The notes beneath the pieces were generated by a model, which was not told where the DNA came from, ran no database searches, and worked only from the letters and a program-made list of their open reading frames with translations. Positions 25,856 through 38,065 of a stretch of DNA of 64,000 nucleotides are shown here, one piece after another. The stretch is from Phoronis australis (lineage: Eukaryota > Animalia > Phoronida), in the NCBI GenBank assembly GCA_002633005.1, contig NMRA01000147.1:1-64000 (forward strand), read 5' to 3'. A program made the translations under genes and the position numbers. Numbering within the stretch: the first letter of the stretch is position 1; each line of letters opens with the position of its first letter.

Positions 25856-27089
25856 ATATCCATTTGAATAAATGTGCGTCATCACGACCCGAACACTAAT
25901 GTATGAGTATAACCCACAGTACAACTACTGTGAAATACATCCGACACTTAAAACATATACGTATTACAACTACCTGTACACCAAACAGTTGCCACAGGTG
26001 GAGAACTGTAAGAGCAATCAGCCAGACAAAAATGTAATTAATGACAGAAGTTACGCACCTGTATCGTCCTTCATGTAGCGAGTAAGACATCATCTCCTCA
26101 CGGTGCGCGCTTTCAAGGAAATGGCGCAATCTGAAACAGCAGGCCGACCCACTCAAAGGGAAACATTCAAGGGTCATGCTATTACTTCTCAGGAGGGGTT
26201 ATTGCGCTCTTCAATGAACTACGAGGACACCAAGTAATCGAAGTGCAACAACCAGGTAACCACGTCATTACACATCCAGATCAATAAACTCGCCTTTTAG
26301 AGATACTGAATACCAAAAGAGTGTTTTCAATAGAAAATCGTGCCACATGTCATCTTGCAGTGAATAAACGGGAGAGATCTTCGAGGGCATTGCATATGAA
26401 TGGAAACTTTCAAAAACTAAACCGCATGGGGGCTACGACGAAGTTGGATGCAGGTCGTCCTTCAGTCTTGATTCGTGAATAGAGATTTGCCTTAGGGGTC
26501 GTAGTCTCTCAAACGGATAGTTTTTTTTTTTTCCTGTCTGACAACTTTCGATTCAGGAACTCGTATTGCTTTCCACTAACAGGCTCTGCCCGCCCGTGAT
26601 TAACGCGAACCCTACCGGTCGTAGCATGAGAATATCCATAGCCAAAAGTGATATGTAAAGTGTTGCTATAAATCTGTCTAAATAGTAAAGTAAATTTGTA
26701 CAACTGTATGCGTGAGTTTTCTATTTAACCTATTAAAACGAGTCTTAAAAGCAAAATTAACATCAACAGGCGCACGTGTACAACCTGGGAAACTCATTTA
26801 TATTGAGAAGCAAATTGTTGAAGGCACTGTATTCATATGTCTTCACACAGGTCATATGTTGGTCACATCAAACATGTAAATTGTTATTGTGGCACAATTG
26901 ATTTTCTATGCAATTTACGGAAAAAAACAACTATCGAGTTTAACATAATGTAAAATTTGAGCATTTGTTTCAATACCACATTTGTCCAAGGCCTTTTCAT
27001 TACAGAGCACTGACGTGTCGGATCGAGTCTACACAGTCACTTGTCTTTGAAAGTTTATTATTGGAGTTCATAGTGATTATTTAAAAACC

Positions 27090-27765
27090 TAATGACTTTG
27101 TAGAATGTATCAATTCTAGTAACGACGATGGTATTTTTCTATGTCAAAATGTTTCCGATGTGAAAGTTTTGTGATATGCTGATGATATGGCTTTGTGTAC
27201 TTAATCTCCAGTTAAACTGCAAAAACTACTGTGTGCTTTAAGTAAGTTCTGCCAGGAATGGAGCGTGTCTGTAAATTTAGTGAAGACCACAGTTATGGTG
27301 TTTAGAAACGGAGGTCCTTTGAGAAATTGCGAGATGTGGTATTTTGGAGGTGAAAAACTCGAAGTGATTTCCATGCCAGCTACACGTATCTTGGTGTTGT
27401 GTTCACGCCAAAGTTATTGTGAACTGTGGCTGCTCAGACCCTGTCAGCTCAAGCCACGTAGGTAGCCATTACAGTCGACAAGCTACAAAGAAGCTGGACC
27501 ACATTTCAACCACGTGTGGCTTTTGAGACATTTGATAAAATAATTTACCCCAGCTCATGCTATGGAGCCGAAATATGGAGCTTACAAGAATACAACTGGT
27601 TAGAACAAGTGCAAATTAAATTTTACAGGCGTGTATTGGGTGTAGCTCATAATTCATGCTGAAACAATGGCAATGAGCGCATGTCGGCGGTTGCCGTTAT
27701 TTACTAATCACTGGCTGTGTTGCCGTGATCACGTATTGGTTCAAACTTCTCAAAATGCCTCCTCG
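27090..27765 (+). mobile_element. Decayed LINE reverse transcriptase fragment, RTE-X-like
   Basis: YADD at 27175-27186, then LQKLLCALSKFCQEWSVSVNLVKTTVMVFRNGGPL..WYFGGEKLEVI..YTYLGVVF..FDKIIYP..YGAEIW..EQVQIKFYRRVLGV..ITYWFKLLKM; stops and frameshifts. Confidence 0.85.
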
Positions 27766-27957
27766 CACAACATTGACCAAAATGGTCGGCACTCCCGAAA
27801 TTGAGCCACATCACTTAGACTTATACAGCCGATTTCATATAGGTGGTTTAAAGTTAAACCTGGTTTTAACTGGACTTATAGGCGAAAGCAACCTTTTTTC
27901 ATGTCATTTTAGCAAAAATAAGGTTTGTTGATTATCCCAGACACATTTTTCACTTAA

Positions 27958-29267
27958 AGGCGAAGGCAACCTTTTTTCATGTCATTTTTAGCAAAAATAA
28001 GGTCTGTTGATTATCCCAGACATATTTTTCATTTAATTACAGCTTTTCGTAATTTAATTAATTTCTCGTCCTCTACTTCGGAAGTGACGTTTTGGGAGGC
28101 AAGAATTTCGCGCCAATTTCTTTTCATACAGTCAGACTGTGAGAGCTGTCAAGTCAGTCATTGTTCTACCTCGGATGTGATAAGTTCTGTCGTCGTTTGC
28201 TTTTGTTTACGAGTCAGTCAACATGTCACAGTGTTGCTGCGTACCAGGATGTACTCATTATCGTCTCACATGCGCTTTGGGTACCTTGCATCGCATTCCA
28301 AAGGATGACACACTTCGCCGCACTTGGCTAGCTCGTTCGCGTGAAGAACGCAGCGCTACCCGTCCACGCAACGTGCAAAGCAGTGGCAAGAATTTTCAGC
28401 CGTCATACTACGACAGAGATATGTACGCTGAATTGATGAAGGTCCCTGCGAAACAACGCCTGAAGAAGGGTTCCATACCGTCGCTGTTGATTCCCGGCAG
28501 TGCCCCGTCGCCACCCCCGAGAAGCGCGTTTTTGAAGCGAGAAGTCTCGCGAGCTGTGGCCACTATATACAGTGACTGGAGGCACTTCATCTACTGTCAC
28601 CCATGCCTCCGAAGGTACCCCCATAGCGTGCAATTCCAGGAACTAGCAGTGATGCCCCGTGTGTTGTTGTCTCTAGCCCAGAGCCTGTAAGCAGCCCTGA
28701 AGCGATGTTGAGTAGTGGGAGTGAATACAGGCAGGCCCAGTGAAAAGGATAGTTCGCCATCCAATGAACAGATCGGTGAGCCTAAGTTTGACAAGTTTAT
28801 TGTGGACTTGTATTGGAGCTATTTAGAAGGAGCTACGTGTGTGACGAGGGAGTCGCACGGCGGGATGTAAGCAGTTTGGGTGCTCAAGTCACCATCCACT
28901 GGGAGTGTGTCCCGGGAAACTCGGGCAAGTGGGACAGTTCTTCCTCTCAGTGTACGTGAGACGATAATGAGTACATCTCGGTAGGCAGCAATGGCGTGGC
29001 ATGTTGACTGACTCGTAAACAAAAGCAAACGACGACCGAACTTATCACAACCGACGTAGAACAATGACTGACTCGACTGCTCTCACAGTCAGACTGTATG
29101 AAAAGAAATTGGCGCGAAACTCTTGCCTCCCAAAACGTCACTTCCGGAGTAGACGACGAGTAATTAATTGAATTACGAAAAGCTGCAAATAAGTGAAAAA
29201 TCTGTCTGGGATAATCAACGAACCCTATTGTTGCTAAAAATGACACGAAAAAAGGTTGCCTTCGCCT
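27958..29267 (+). mobile_element. Non-autonomous Kolobok element, inner copy
   Basis: TTAA|aggcgaaggcaacc ... ggttgccttcgcct|TTAA (TSD 27954-27957 and 29268-29271); ~300 bp TIRs; THAP remnant. Confidence 0.9.
28223..28945 (+). pseudogene. THAP-domain N-terminus of a Kolobok transposase, internally deleted
   Basis: MSQCCCVPGC..HRIPKDDTLRRTWL..RLKKGSIPSL; the C..H segment (RVCGKHF) is deleted in this copy; downstream KFDKFIV motif; no DDE core. Confidence 0.8.
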
Positions 29268-29458
29268 TTAATTACAGCTTTTTGTAATTTGATTAATTTC
29301 TCGTCCTCTACTCCGGAAGTGACGTTTCGGGAGGCAAGAGTTTCGCGCCAATTTCTTTTCATTATAGTCTGACTGTGAGAGCTGTCGAGTCAGTCATCGT
29401 TCTACCTTGGTTGTGGTACGTTCGGTCGTCGTTTGCTTTTGTCTAGAAGTCAGTCAAC

Positions 29459-30205
29459 ATGCCAAGCTGTTGCTGCGTGCCAGGATGTACTCATTATAGT
29501 CTCACGCGCGCTTTGGGTACCTTGCGTCGCTTTCCGAAGGATGACACACTTCGCCGTACTTGGCTAGCACGTTCATGTGAAGAACACAGCGCTACCCGTC
29601 CACGCAACGTTCAAAGCAGTGGAGGGTTACCGAGTGTGTGGCAAGCATTTTCTGCCGTCAAATTATGACGGATATGTACGCTGAATTGATGAAGGTCCCT
29701 GCGAAACAACGCCTGAAGAAGGGTACCATACCGTCGCTGTTGATTCCCAGCAGTGCCCCGTCGCCAACCCCAAGAAGTGCGTTTTTGAAGCGAGAAGCCT
29801 CTCGAGCTGTGGCTACTATATACAGTGACTGGAGGCACTTCATCTACTGTCACCCGTGCCTCCGAACGTACCCCATTGCGTGCAATTCTGGAACTAGCAG
29901 TGATTCGCCCTGTGGTGTTGTCTCTAGCCCAGAGCTTGTAAGCAGTCCTGCAGCTATGTTGAGTAGTGAGAGTGAATACAGGCCCAGTTCGACACCCAGT
30001 GAAGAGGACAGTTCGTCATCCAATGAACAGATCGGTGAGCCTAAGTTTGATAAGTTTATTGTGGACTTGTATTGGAGCTATTTGGAAGGTGCCAGGTGTG
30101 TGGCGAAGGAGTCACACGGCGGGATGTAAGCAGTTTGGGTGCTCAGATCACCCTTCAGTGGGAGTGTGTCGCGGGACACTCGGGCAAGTGGGAAAGTTCT
30201 TCCTC
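29459..30205 (+). pseudogene. THAP-domain N-terminus of a Kolobok transposase, frameshifted
   Basis: MPSCCCVPGC..RRFPKDDTLRRTWL / RVCGKHF / LKKGTIPSL..EPKFDKFIV / ELFGRCQVC..GAQITLQWECVAGHSGKWESS; no DDE core. Confidence 0.8.
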
Positions 30206-30838
30206 TGTACTTGAGACGATAATGAGTACACCCCAGTACGTAGCAACAGCGTGTTGACTAACTCGTAAGCAAAAGCAAACGACGACCGAACTTATCACAA
30301 CCGAGGTAGAACAATGACTGACTCGACTGCTCTCACAGTCAGACTATACGAGACGAAATTAGCGCGAAATTCTTGCCTCCCAAAACGTCACTTCCGGAGT
30401 AGAGGACGAGAAATTAATTAAATTACGAAAAGCTGTAATTAAGTGAAAAATATGTCTGGGATAATCAACGAACCTTATTTTTGCTAAAAATGACATGAAA
30501 AAGGTTGCCTTCGCCTTTAAAGATAATCTGCATTTCATAAAGTGGCTAAACTTTTAGACCAGTGGTCTAGTAAAACCTGGTTTAACTCCCATTTAGACCT
30601 GGTCTAAGTCAGTTTTCATTTCACCAACGAAGTCTTTATTCTTTAGATCTGTATTAAGATCTTAAACCAGGTTTAACTTTAGACTTGGTCAGACCTAGGT
30701 TTAACTGTTAACTATGACAGACTTGCATGATATATGTGCAACTGAATTAGGCCGCGGTGTGCATTTACGACGCAGTTTTAGAGCGAAAATGGACTATTTT
30801 CAATATTCAGTTTTACGACGACACAAGATCAAACGTAA

Positions 30839-30992
30839 CAGGGGCGGATCCACGACTTTTAAGGGGAGGGGATCGGTCAAGGACTTTGTAAAAGGGGGAC
30901 CAAGTCAACAATTTGAAGATTATAGATTTGATCTCACTGAAATCAAGCAAAAAGTGAGTCCGGACCCCTTGACCCCTTTGGATCCGCCTATG
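30839..30992. mobile_element. Short MITE
   Basis: TIR caggggcggatcc / ggatccgcctatg with G- and C-rich subterminal runs; related ends at ~10135 and ~33860-33903. Confidence 0.65.
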
Positions 30993-33914
30993 TGTAGACC
31001 TGTTCGTGCTGGATAATGTAATGTGGATTCTTCAGAATACGACTGGTCGAGCGGGGCGTCATCGTCATAAGGACTACGGGTTTGACTGAAGAAAGCATTT
31101 TCTGATTCTTCTGAGTTCCACCTCCATTGGTCTCCGATTTAATGTTGCCGGGAAGGGGTCTTGACCCCCCCTTTGGCAGCGAAAATAAACACTAAAATAA
31201 ATTTGGACATTTATGATATTACGGCTAATCGTGAGCATGTACTTTAATGTGTGTATACGGGTGTTGGTCACACAAATTACATTTTTCCTCATGAGAAAAG
31301 CTTTTACACCTTTTTCGCAATTGTCTGCACTGATTCTACTAGTGTGTGTCATTGTATACCCACGTGATCAAGGTTTCATTGAATCACTTCAATAGTTTCT
31401 TTGTTGGGTTAATCTAGATCGACACAGCAGTTTGGCTTAGATACTTTAAACCTGGTCTTACTAAACCGGCTCCCTGGTCTAACAAAACCAGGCTTTCAGA
31501 CTTTTAAACCACGTTGGTAAAATGCAAATTGGGTCTAAAATTAGGCCAGGTTTAAGTCTTAAACTTGGTTTTGTTAAACCACCTTTATGAAATCGGCTGT
31601 TAATGTTATAATCCACGGTAGAGCTAACGGCCGTCTGCCTGTGCACACAAAATCTGTGAGTTAACGGTCACTCATCTTGCACGTTGCAGCCGTTTAAGTG
31701 AAAAACTATCTAGTAAACGCAATTTTCTTGTATAATCCTCCCCCTTTTGTAACAAAAAAGTCTGTCGTCGATGACCCGCACACGCACTCACTCTCATACG
31801 CAGACGAACATCAAAACAAACGTCACGTGACAACAACGTGTGTTCATCCAGAGATTTTTCTCGTGTTATGGGGTATGATTTGCGCAGATTTGGACTTAAT
31901 CGCAATTAATCTGGACTCCACATGAACTTTAAAAATTGTAAAACATAAGGAAGATTTCAGGTAATTTGTTGAGACGAAACTATATTTTTATTCAAGAATT
32001 CAAGTTTTCCTATTGACGATCGCGATTCAGCGACGTATCAGTCGGCATGTTTTCGGCCTAGGATTTCAGCACAATTTTTTGAAAAATGATCGTAATTTAA
32101 CAACGAAGTTTGATAGCAATGCACCACAATTTCGTAGAAAGACTGTCATAGGCTACAAATTCGTCACAGAGCGTAAATTTGATGAATCCTAGCTTCCGAT
32201 TTTACCCGTTTCGGAAACCAGGTTCCAAATGCCTTAGGCTACAATAAGCGTCCCCTCCCCGTGAAATGAATTTTTCTAAGCGTTTATTAGAGCCAAGTGA
32301 CAGTATGCAGCTTTCCACCAAGGCTAGGTGATGCTACGACATTATTCTTTGTTACATTAGTTAACTGGTCTTGGCTAATTATCATTTTATGGCCTGGTCA
32401 TCCATTCAGCCAAAAGTAGTTCCATAGGTGGCTTATCAGCCAATTATTCACGCATGCTGACTCACAATAGAAGCCTGATAAGAGTGAAGGTGGATAAAGG
32501 CGGTGTTCCTACAGTTTCTTGTGGTAGTGGATGTGTTAACGACATGACTACGATCGCCGCAGTTGGTCATATTTACTTTTAATGTTTCGAACCTAGTTTT
32601 CCAAAAAAACATTATACCATACGTCAGACAACTCTTTAGTTCATTGACTTGTTCTCTAATGCATTTTTCTAGGTCTCTGTGGTTAATTGACACATTTTTA
32701 AGATTTAGTATCCAGGTTGGACTCGAAAGACCGGCCATTTAACTCACGCAATGTCAACTTCCGCCTTGTTTATCGCAGTGAGCCTCGCTTTTGATGTCCA
32801 CCGCGTGAATTAGGCCTAGGCACTGATCTATTAGTGATATGACAGTGGCTGATCTACGTTTTCAGTAATTAAGTGGGGGTTAGGATTCACACAAAGGTCG
32901 AAAGGTCGAATACGAGGCGCGTGGCGCCGATGGGGGGGGAGGTCGGGAGGGGGGTATACTGACAACTTTTGTAGCCAAACAGTGAAATTTCCATGCATCC
33001 TGGTACGTTTCTGGCACTTTCATGTAACATGTCTCTGGATTTTTTCTTAAGATAATTAAAAACCCTTCTCTATTTCGTCTCATGAACTTGGCTCATAAGT
33101 TTCGTGAAACCATATTTGTGCACATCTGGGTATGAGTCACACCACCAGCAAAAAATTTTGTTGGAACATCTGCTTACGCACACCTTTTTAGCATATGAAA
33201 AAGTGTGGTGTGTATACAGGGGTTAAGACAATTTCCAAATATTCAAGAGCATAAGGAGCACCGACGGGGCGTAAAAACTTGAATGTCAGATGATCGCAAC
33301 AGCCCGTCAAGCTGTTTAAGAACGAAGACCTGTACTGCTAGTCCGGAAATAAACATGATTGTGTTCTTAGTCTCGTTACGAGAAAAACTGGCGAACGATG
33401 GTGCTCTCAGCTCATAGTCTATTATTAAAATCGACAATAAACAATTAATTATCACTTTATTAAGCTGAATCACGTTCACAACAATTGAAAAACGTCAAAT
33501 GTATCAGGAAACAAATCATCTGAAAACAGTTTCACGAAACCAAAACACTCTGTAGGCCTACACCGTGGTGAAAAGATATACAGGAGCAGTTGGCAGAGGG
33601 ACCAGATGTACACTGAGAGTACACAAAAACTCTGGCTTGAAAGCGCGGGGTTTTGACGATGAGCCACGAAGACTTGAAACGCGTTGATTTTGATAACAGT
33701 AATTCACAATGCAAAAAATATATTTTCAGAGTGAACCCCCGCTCATTTTTTTCCAAATTGGTTTACTTGGGGTTTATACAAGCTGGCGGTGTCGTTTATG
33801 TTTTGCTGGACACGTATTTGTTTTTTGTTTTTTGTTTTTAATTTTTGGGTCCTAACCCGAGGGGGATTTAAACCCCCTGAGCCCCCCCCTAGATCCGCCA
33901 CAGTATGACACTAA

Positions 33915-34478
33915 CTTCCTGTTTTCGTCGGGATGGATTCGACGTAGCTTGTGCTACGTAGTGGCCATTTTTACTGTTTTAGAGTCTGTTTTTTTGGCGT
34001 CCACTCCTCTATCAACCAAACCATTCTAAGGATGATTTTGAAAATTGGCGAATATATTTCCAGTGTTAAGAGGACCTTTGTTGACGATGACGTCTTCGAC
34101 TACTGTGGCGCCTCCTAGTGGTAGTTTTGTTTTATTTTGCGCCCATAGCTCTATCTCCTACTGCAGGATCTTAATTAAATGCAGTAAGTACATTTACATG
34201 ATGATAAATCACAACTTTCAGGCGGATTCAACGAAAGCTGAGCCCCCAAGTGGCAATTTCATTTTTTCCATTTCCCTGTGTTTCTCTGAAATTCCTCGAC
34301 ATATTATCATGAAAAATATGTTTCCAGTAAAGAAGCGATGCCATGTAACCGTTTTCGGACGGATTTGACGTTTCTGCAGTATCTAGTGACCATTTTTATG
34401 ATACAACTAAACAACTCTAGATGCCCACTGTCTGCGGTGCATTTGTGGGCGTCTTTCAGCACTCCACGTTGCTCTTGT
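33915..34478 (-). mobile_element. HINE-like element, family 1, 3'-truncated, inverted
   Basis: Ends cgttgctcttgt (reverse complement of acaagagcaacg); reverse-complement monomers such as ggcgcctcctagtggt and cctctatcaaccaaacc. Confidence 0.8.
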
Positions 34479-36418
34479 TTCATTTTTCTCGACGCCTGGA
34501 CGCTCTTAGTGAATGTCCGAGTGGTATTTCAGTTATAGTGAATCCATAGTCAAATGCTGTTATTTTTGTAAGTGATGATGTCAGTGCGCGTATCGACAGC
34601 ATGGAACATGGGCGCGGCCAGTCTTGTTCGAGCGCCAGCTTCCTGCTTGTTGGCGCGGCGGCGTCTTTGGACAATATCGACGGTGATTATACCGCCAGTG
34701 TACCGACAGGTCCTCAACGGAACAATGTGGAACGGGCAGAACAGTTCTTGAAATAACAGGATAGTATGAAAAAATATCGGGAAATTGAATGTGTGCGCTT
34801 ATACTGAGGGGCCAATCAGCGGGCCGGCGTACTTAATGCTGCAGCGGCCATGCCGTCCGGCCGTATACTAGTAAAAGTTTCAAGATCATCATGAACCGTT
34901 TCATATCTGTAAGGTTAAAAAATATCAATGAATTGTGCACTTGGTTGGTCCTTCTAAGTACACAACTATTTTTTGCTTAACGAAAGCGAAGCATGTCGCG
35001 ATCCGGGAATAAAAACTAAAATAGAACACAGAAATTTTCCACAGAATTAACTGTTTGCTTCTTAATCTGATGAGTACTTTCTCTTATTTTGAACTCACTG
35101 GCCGTAAACACGCGACTTCTGACAATTGGCACCAGTTTCTGTTGTAAGCCTTGCTATAACGTTCTAGACATGCTCAATTTCCAAACATGACCCGGACGAT
35201 CAGTGGCTCAGGGCTTTCGCCGCGGCCGGCTGCGGACTTGAGGTTGAGCGGACAAGTTAGCAGTGAATTCCTTGAAGCAATCATTGAAATCCATAGGGTC
35301 CCATTCTACGGGTCCTTCACGGAGTCTCCATAAGTGTAAATTTGTATCAATTGTATTTTTTTGTCGTAACGTGAATAAAGTGTATTACTACTACTACTAC
35401 TACGCACGATATTGGTTATTTCAAAACAGGTGACGCACACCTTTTTTACCATCTCAGGTTGGTACACTGACATGCTCACGTGACCATCAAGCCACTGCAT
35501 GAGCTTCTGGCAAAGTCCGTGACCAGCTTATAAGGCCGCCGGACACCGTTAGGGTTTCTACTCTAGTCCCCAGCTCTCATCTTTGATTATGATTCAAAGT
35601 CGATCAGTTCTGGCAAACCGTGATTTATAGAATAAGAAGTTTTCAAGAGCGGAAAAAATTTTCAGTACTTTTTAAAATTCGTATCTTGAATGTCCCAAAA
35701 ATAAAAAGCCACACACAGGTGTGCGGTGTTGTCATGCATTAATTTTCTCCATGAATTAAACAATAGTTTACTTTGCATGCCAAATATTGCACGGTGACAC
35801 GTGGCCGGGCTTACTTAAAAATCCAACTCATGTTGCCCGGTGGTTTTGTGATTGGCCCACTTATGTTGCTCACGGCAGAATTAAAGAGGAACATATTATT
35901 ACAACATTAAACAAAGTTCAGGTTGTAAACGTCACATTCCTTGTCCAATTTTCACAATTCACAAACTTGTGCATCTACTTACAAGCCAAAAATGTGTAAT
36001 TAAGATAATCTCTCCGCAGCAGCTGCGAAATCCACCGCAAGACAACAAGGTGATCGGTAACACTCTCATGCAGTGATCGTGGGTCCATTTTCTGAGCACA
36101 AGAGACATGAAAATTTTTCGAAAAATAGCATGAAATTTGGATAAGCAACAGGCATCTGAATATTCCTGATGGTTGCCATTTGAAACTAAACACCATTGTC
36201 GTTATGATTTTTTAATCCAAAATAAAGATAGATATTCAAACAGTTTTAAGCTCACTGCTAATAGTAAAATGTAGTTTATTTCTATTTGAGAACGAAAATA
36301 TGATCAGTTTGTCGGCTCACCAATATCAAGGACTGAACGTACAGGACAAATCATGACGCGGGCAGACGGACTGACACCAGGTGGCAAGACCGTCTTGGAC
36401 ACGACAGTCTGATCAGGG

Positions 36419-36576
36419 TAGACAGTGACCACCGTCTCTATTTAGCCAGCATCTCTAGAGACGGTGGTCACTGTCTATGCATGACCAGGATAGAGTTCAG
36501 TAACACTAGAACCTCGTTAAAACGCAAAACTTCGCTAAATAATTGGCGTTACTGAACTCTACTTGGCTCCTGGTCA
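36419..36576. repeat. Two adjacent inverted-repeat (mini-MITE-like) hairpins
   Basis: Perfect 22 bp stem tagacagtgaccaccgtctcta (36419-36440 / 36456-36477); second IR tgaccagga-tagagttcagtaac / gttactgaactcta..tcctggtca (36482-36576). Confidence 0.75.
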
Positions 36577-38065
36577 CAGTCTACTGGACGCGTAGCTTAC
36601 AAACAACACTCCCTAAACAAATGTTGGTGTCATATGACATAATCATGTGATAGCTTGACCCCTCGTAAAACTAGGTCAGTCATGGCACAGCTGCACACAG
36701 AACTACACTTCAGTGAACGCAACAGAATCAAGCCTCTGCTAAGATGAGACTTTTGAAGACGTTCACCCGTTAGTCTTTGATGCGGGTAATTGACGTCCGT
36801 GAAGCGAATTATACCGATATTTCATAGCGGTAATTCTGCATTTTAGTCGTAGAATTGATATGTTCCTTAATTCACAGGCATTTGTCATGAGACTCAAGCC
36901 AAGCAAGGAAGCGTCCTCATGCAGCTTCTGATCGTCCCCAATGCACTATATTTGGCGACTATCAGAAGCTGAGGACGCCTGTGTTTGTGGTGTGCTGGCT
37001 CTCAGCCACAGCCACGCAGATCGAGGTATCGTATACCGCCACCGGTGTACATGTATGTCTTAGGTTCAGATCGTGGTCGGTCCTGTGGCTATCGGATCAG
37101 TCTAGTCGCCTGCATTAATAATTACAGCCTTTTCCTGTTGTTCCCAACTTGTTCGATTCTATAGCCCAACAACAAGTTGGGTAGATGACCCCTGTAGCCA
37201 ATATCTTACACGACTGACTCCATTCTGGCATTTATGGTTGGAGGGCCAGCTCTCTTTTGTTCGATAATTGCTCTATAAACTCTCCAATTATCCTAGCTAT
37301 AGACTGGGTTGTGCTGTTCAAAATAAAAGTTAAGTTATAACATATTTGAACATCAACCAATAGCATTTCTGAATTTCTCATGATGCTGATCATGTTTAGT
37401 TGAGCTGGTGAAAGTCTAGAATTATGGGCGTTTTTGTGGCAACTTGACAAATAAAAAATTTGTTGTGATGTTGAATTCTTGAATCCTGTGATCTGGGTTT
37501 GCCGCGCTAGTCTCAAATATAGTGACCTGGCCAAAGTAGAGCTGGCGAGGGCTGATTATACTTAAGAAATCAAGGAAAATGTTTGTTTTAAGAGGCAAAA
37601 ACAAAATTTTCCCCTGCACCCTCGACCATGCGGCACTTAACGTGTCTCCGACCACCGCGATTTTTATCGGATTGTCCACTAGAAGACAAAATGTTGCATC
37701 CTCTCTATGATATTCTAGGTCCTTCATTGTGGCCTTATTGCAAAACTGTTTTGATATTGGTCTTCATACACCTAACTGAATAGTTACTCCTACACTACCA
37801 GTTAGAATCAAACAAGCCAATTTCGTGTTTACTTCAGTTGGAGAAGTTTAGTGAGGCCCTGATGACCCCTAATTGGTCCACCCTACCAAAAAACTGGCGC
37901 ACCATGACAAAATTTCATTATAGAGCAGCATGCAGGCTTTAACTTGTTAAGGTGGCTTAACTATAATTCCTGCAGATTACCTTTCTTTGAAAGTTACTCA
38001 AATCTCAAAGTATTGTTGGATGACCATGCAAATTCTGTTGTTTTTTTCAGATTCTACCTGTCACC

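Larger units (their letters stand above)
1550..26130. repeat. Degenerate tandem array of a ~2.4 kb unit, at least 9 partial copies, same orientation, interrupted by transposons
   Basis: Recurring anchors: gggattagaaag-like at ~2098, 7247, 9140, 10191, 11267, 12305, 14967, 18021, 23539; caggtggagaactgtaa-like at ~2279, 7468, 10420, 11492, 12440, 15193, 18257, 19822, 25995; gggtatggcgtg-like at ~1899, 7028, 11139, 13829, 16741, 17727, 22552; gaagagccagtgcc-like at ~8516, 10739, 13428, 16336, 17356, 22091. Confidence 0.9.
27880..30516 (+). mobile_element. Non-autonomous Kolobok element, outer copy (27880-27957 + 29272-30516)
   Basis: Termini aggcgaaagcaacc / ggttgccttcgcct; flanks TTAT and TTAA; ~300 bp TIRs; internal THAP remnant. 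Confidence 0.85.
27825..31600. mobile_element. Non-autonomous TIR element (PIF/Harbinger-like MITE) hosting nested insertions
   Basis: TIR acagccgatttcatataggtggtttaa (27825) versus ttaaaccacctttatgaaatcggctgt (to 31600); subterminal aaacc(a/t)ggtttaa repeats at both ends; superfamily assignment tentative because the target-site duplication (TSD) is unclear. Confidence 0.75.
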
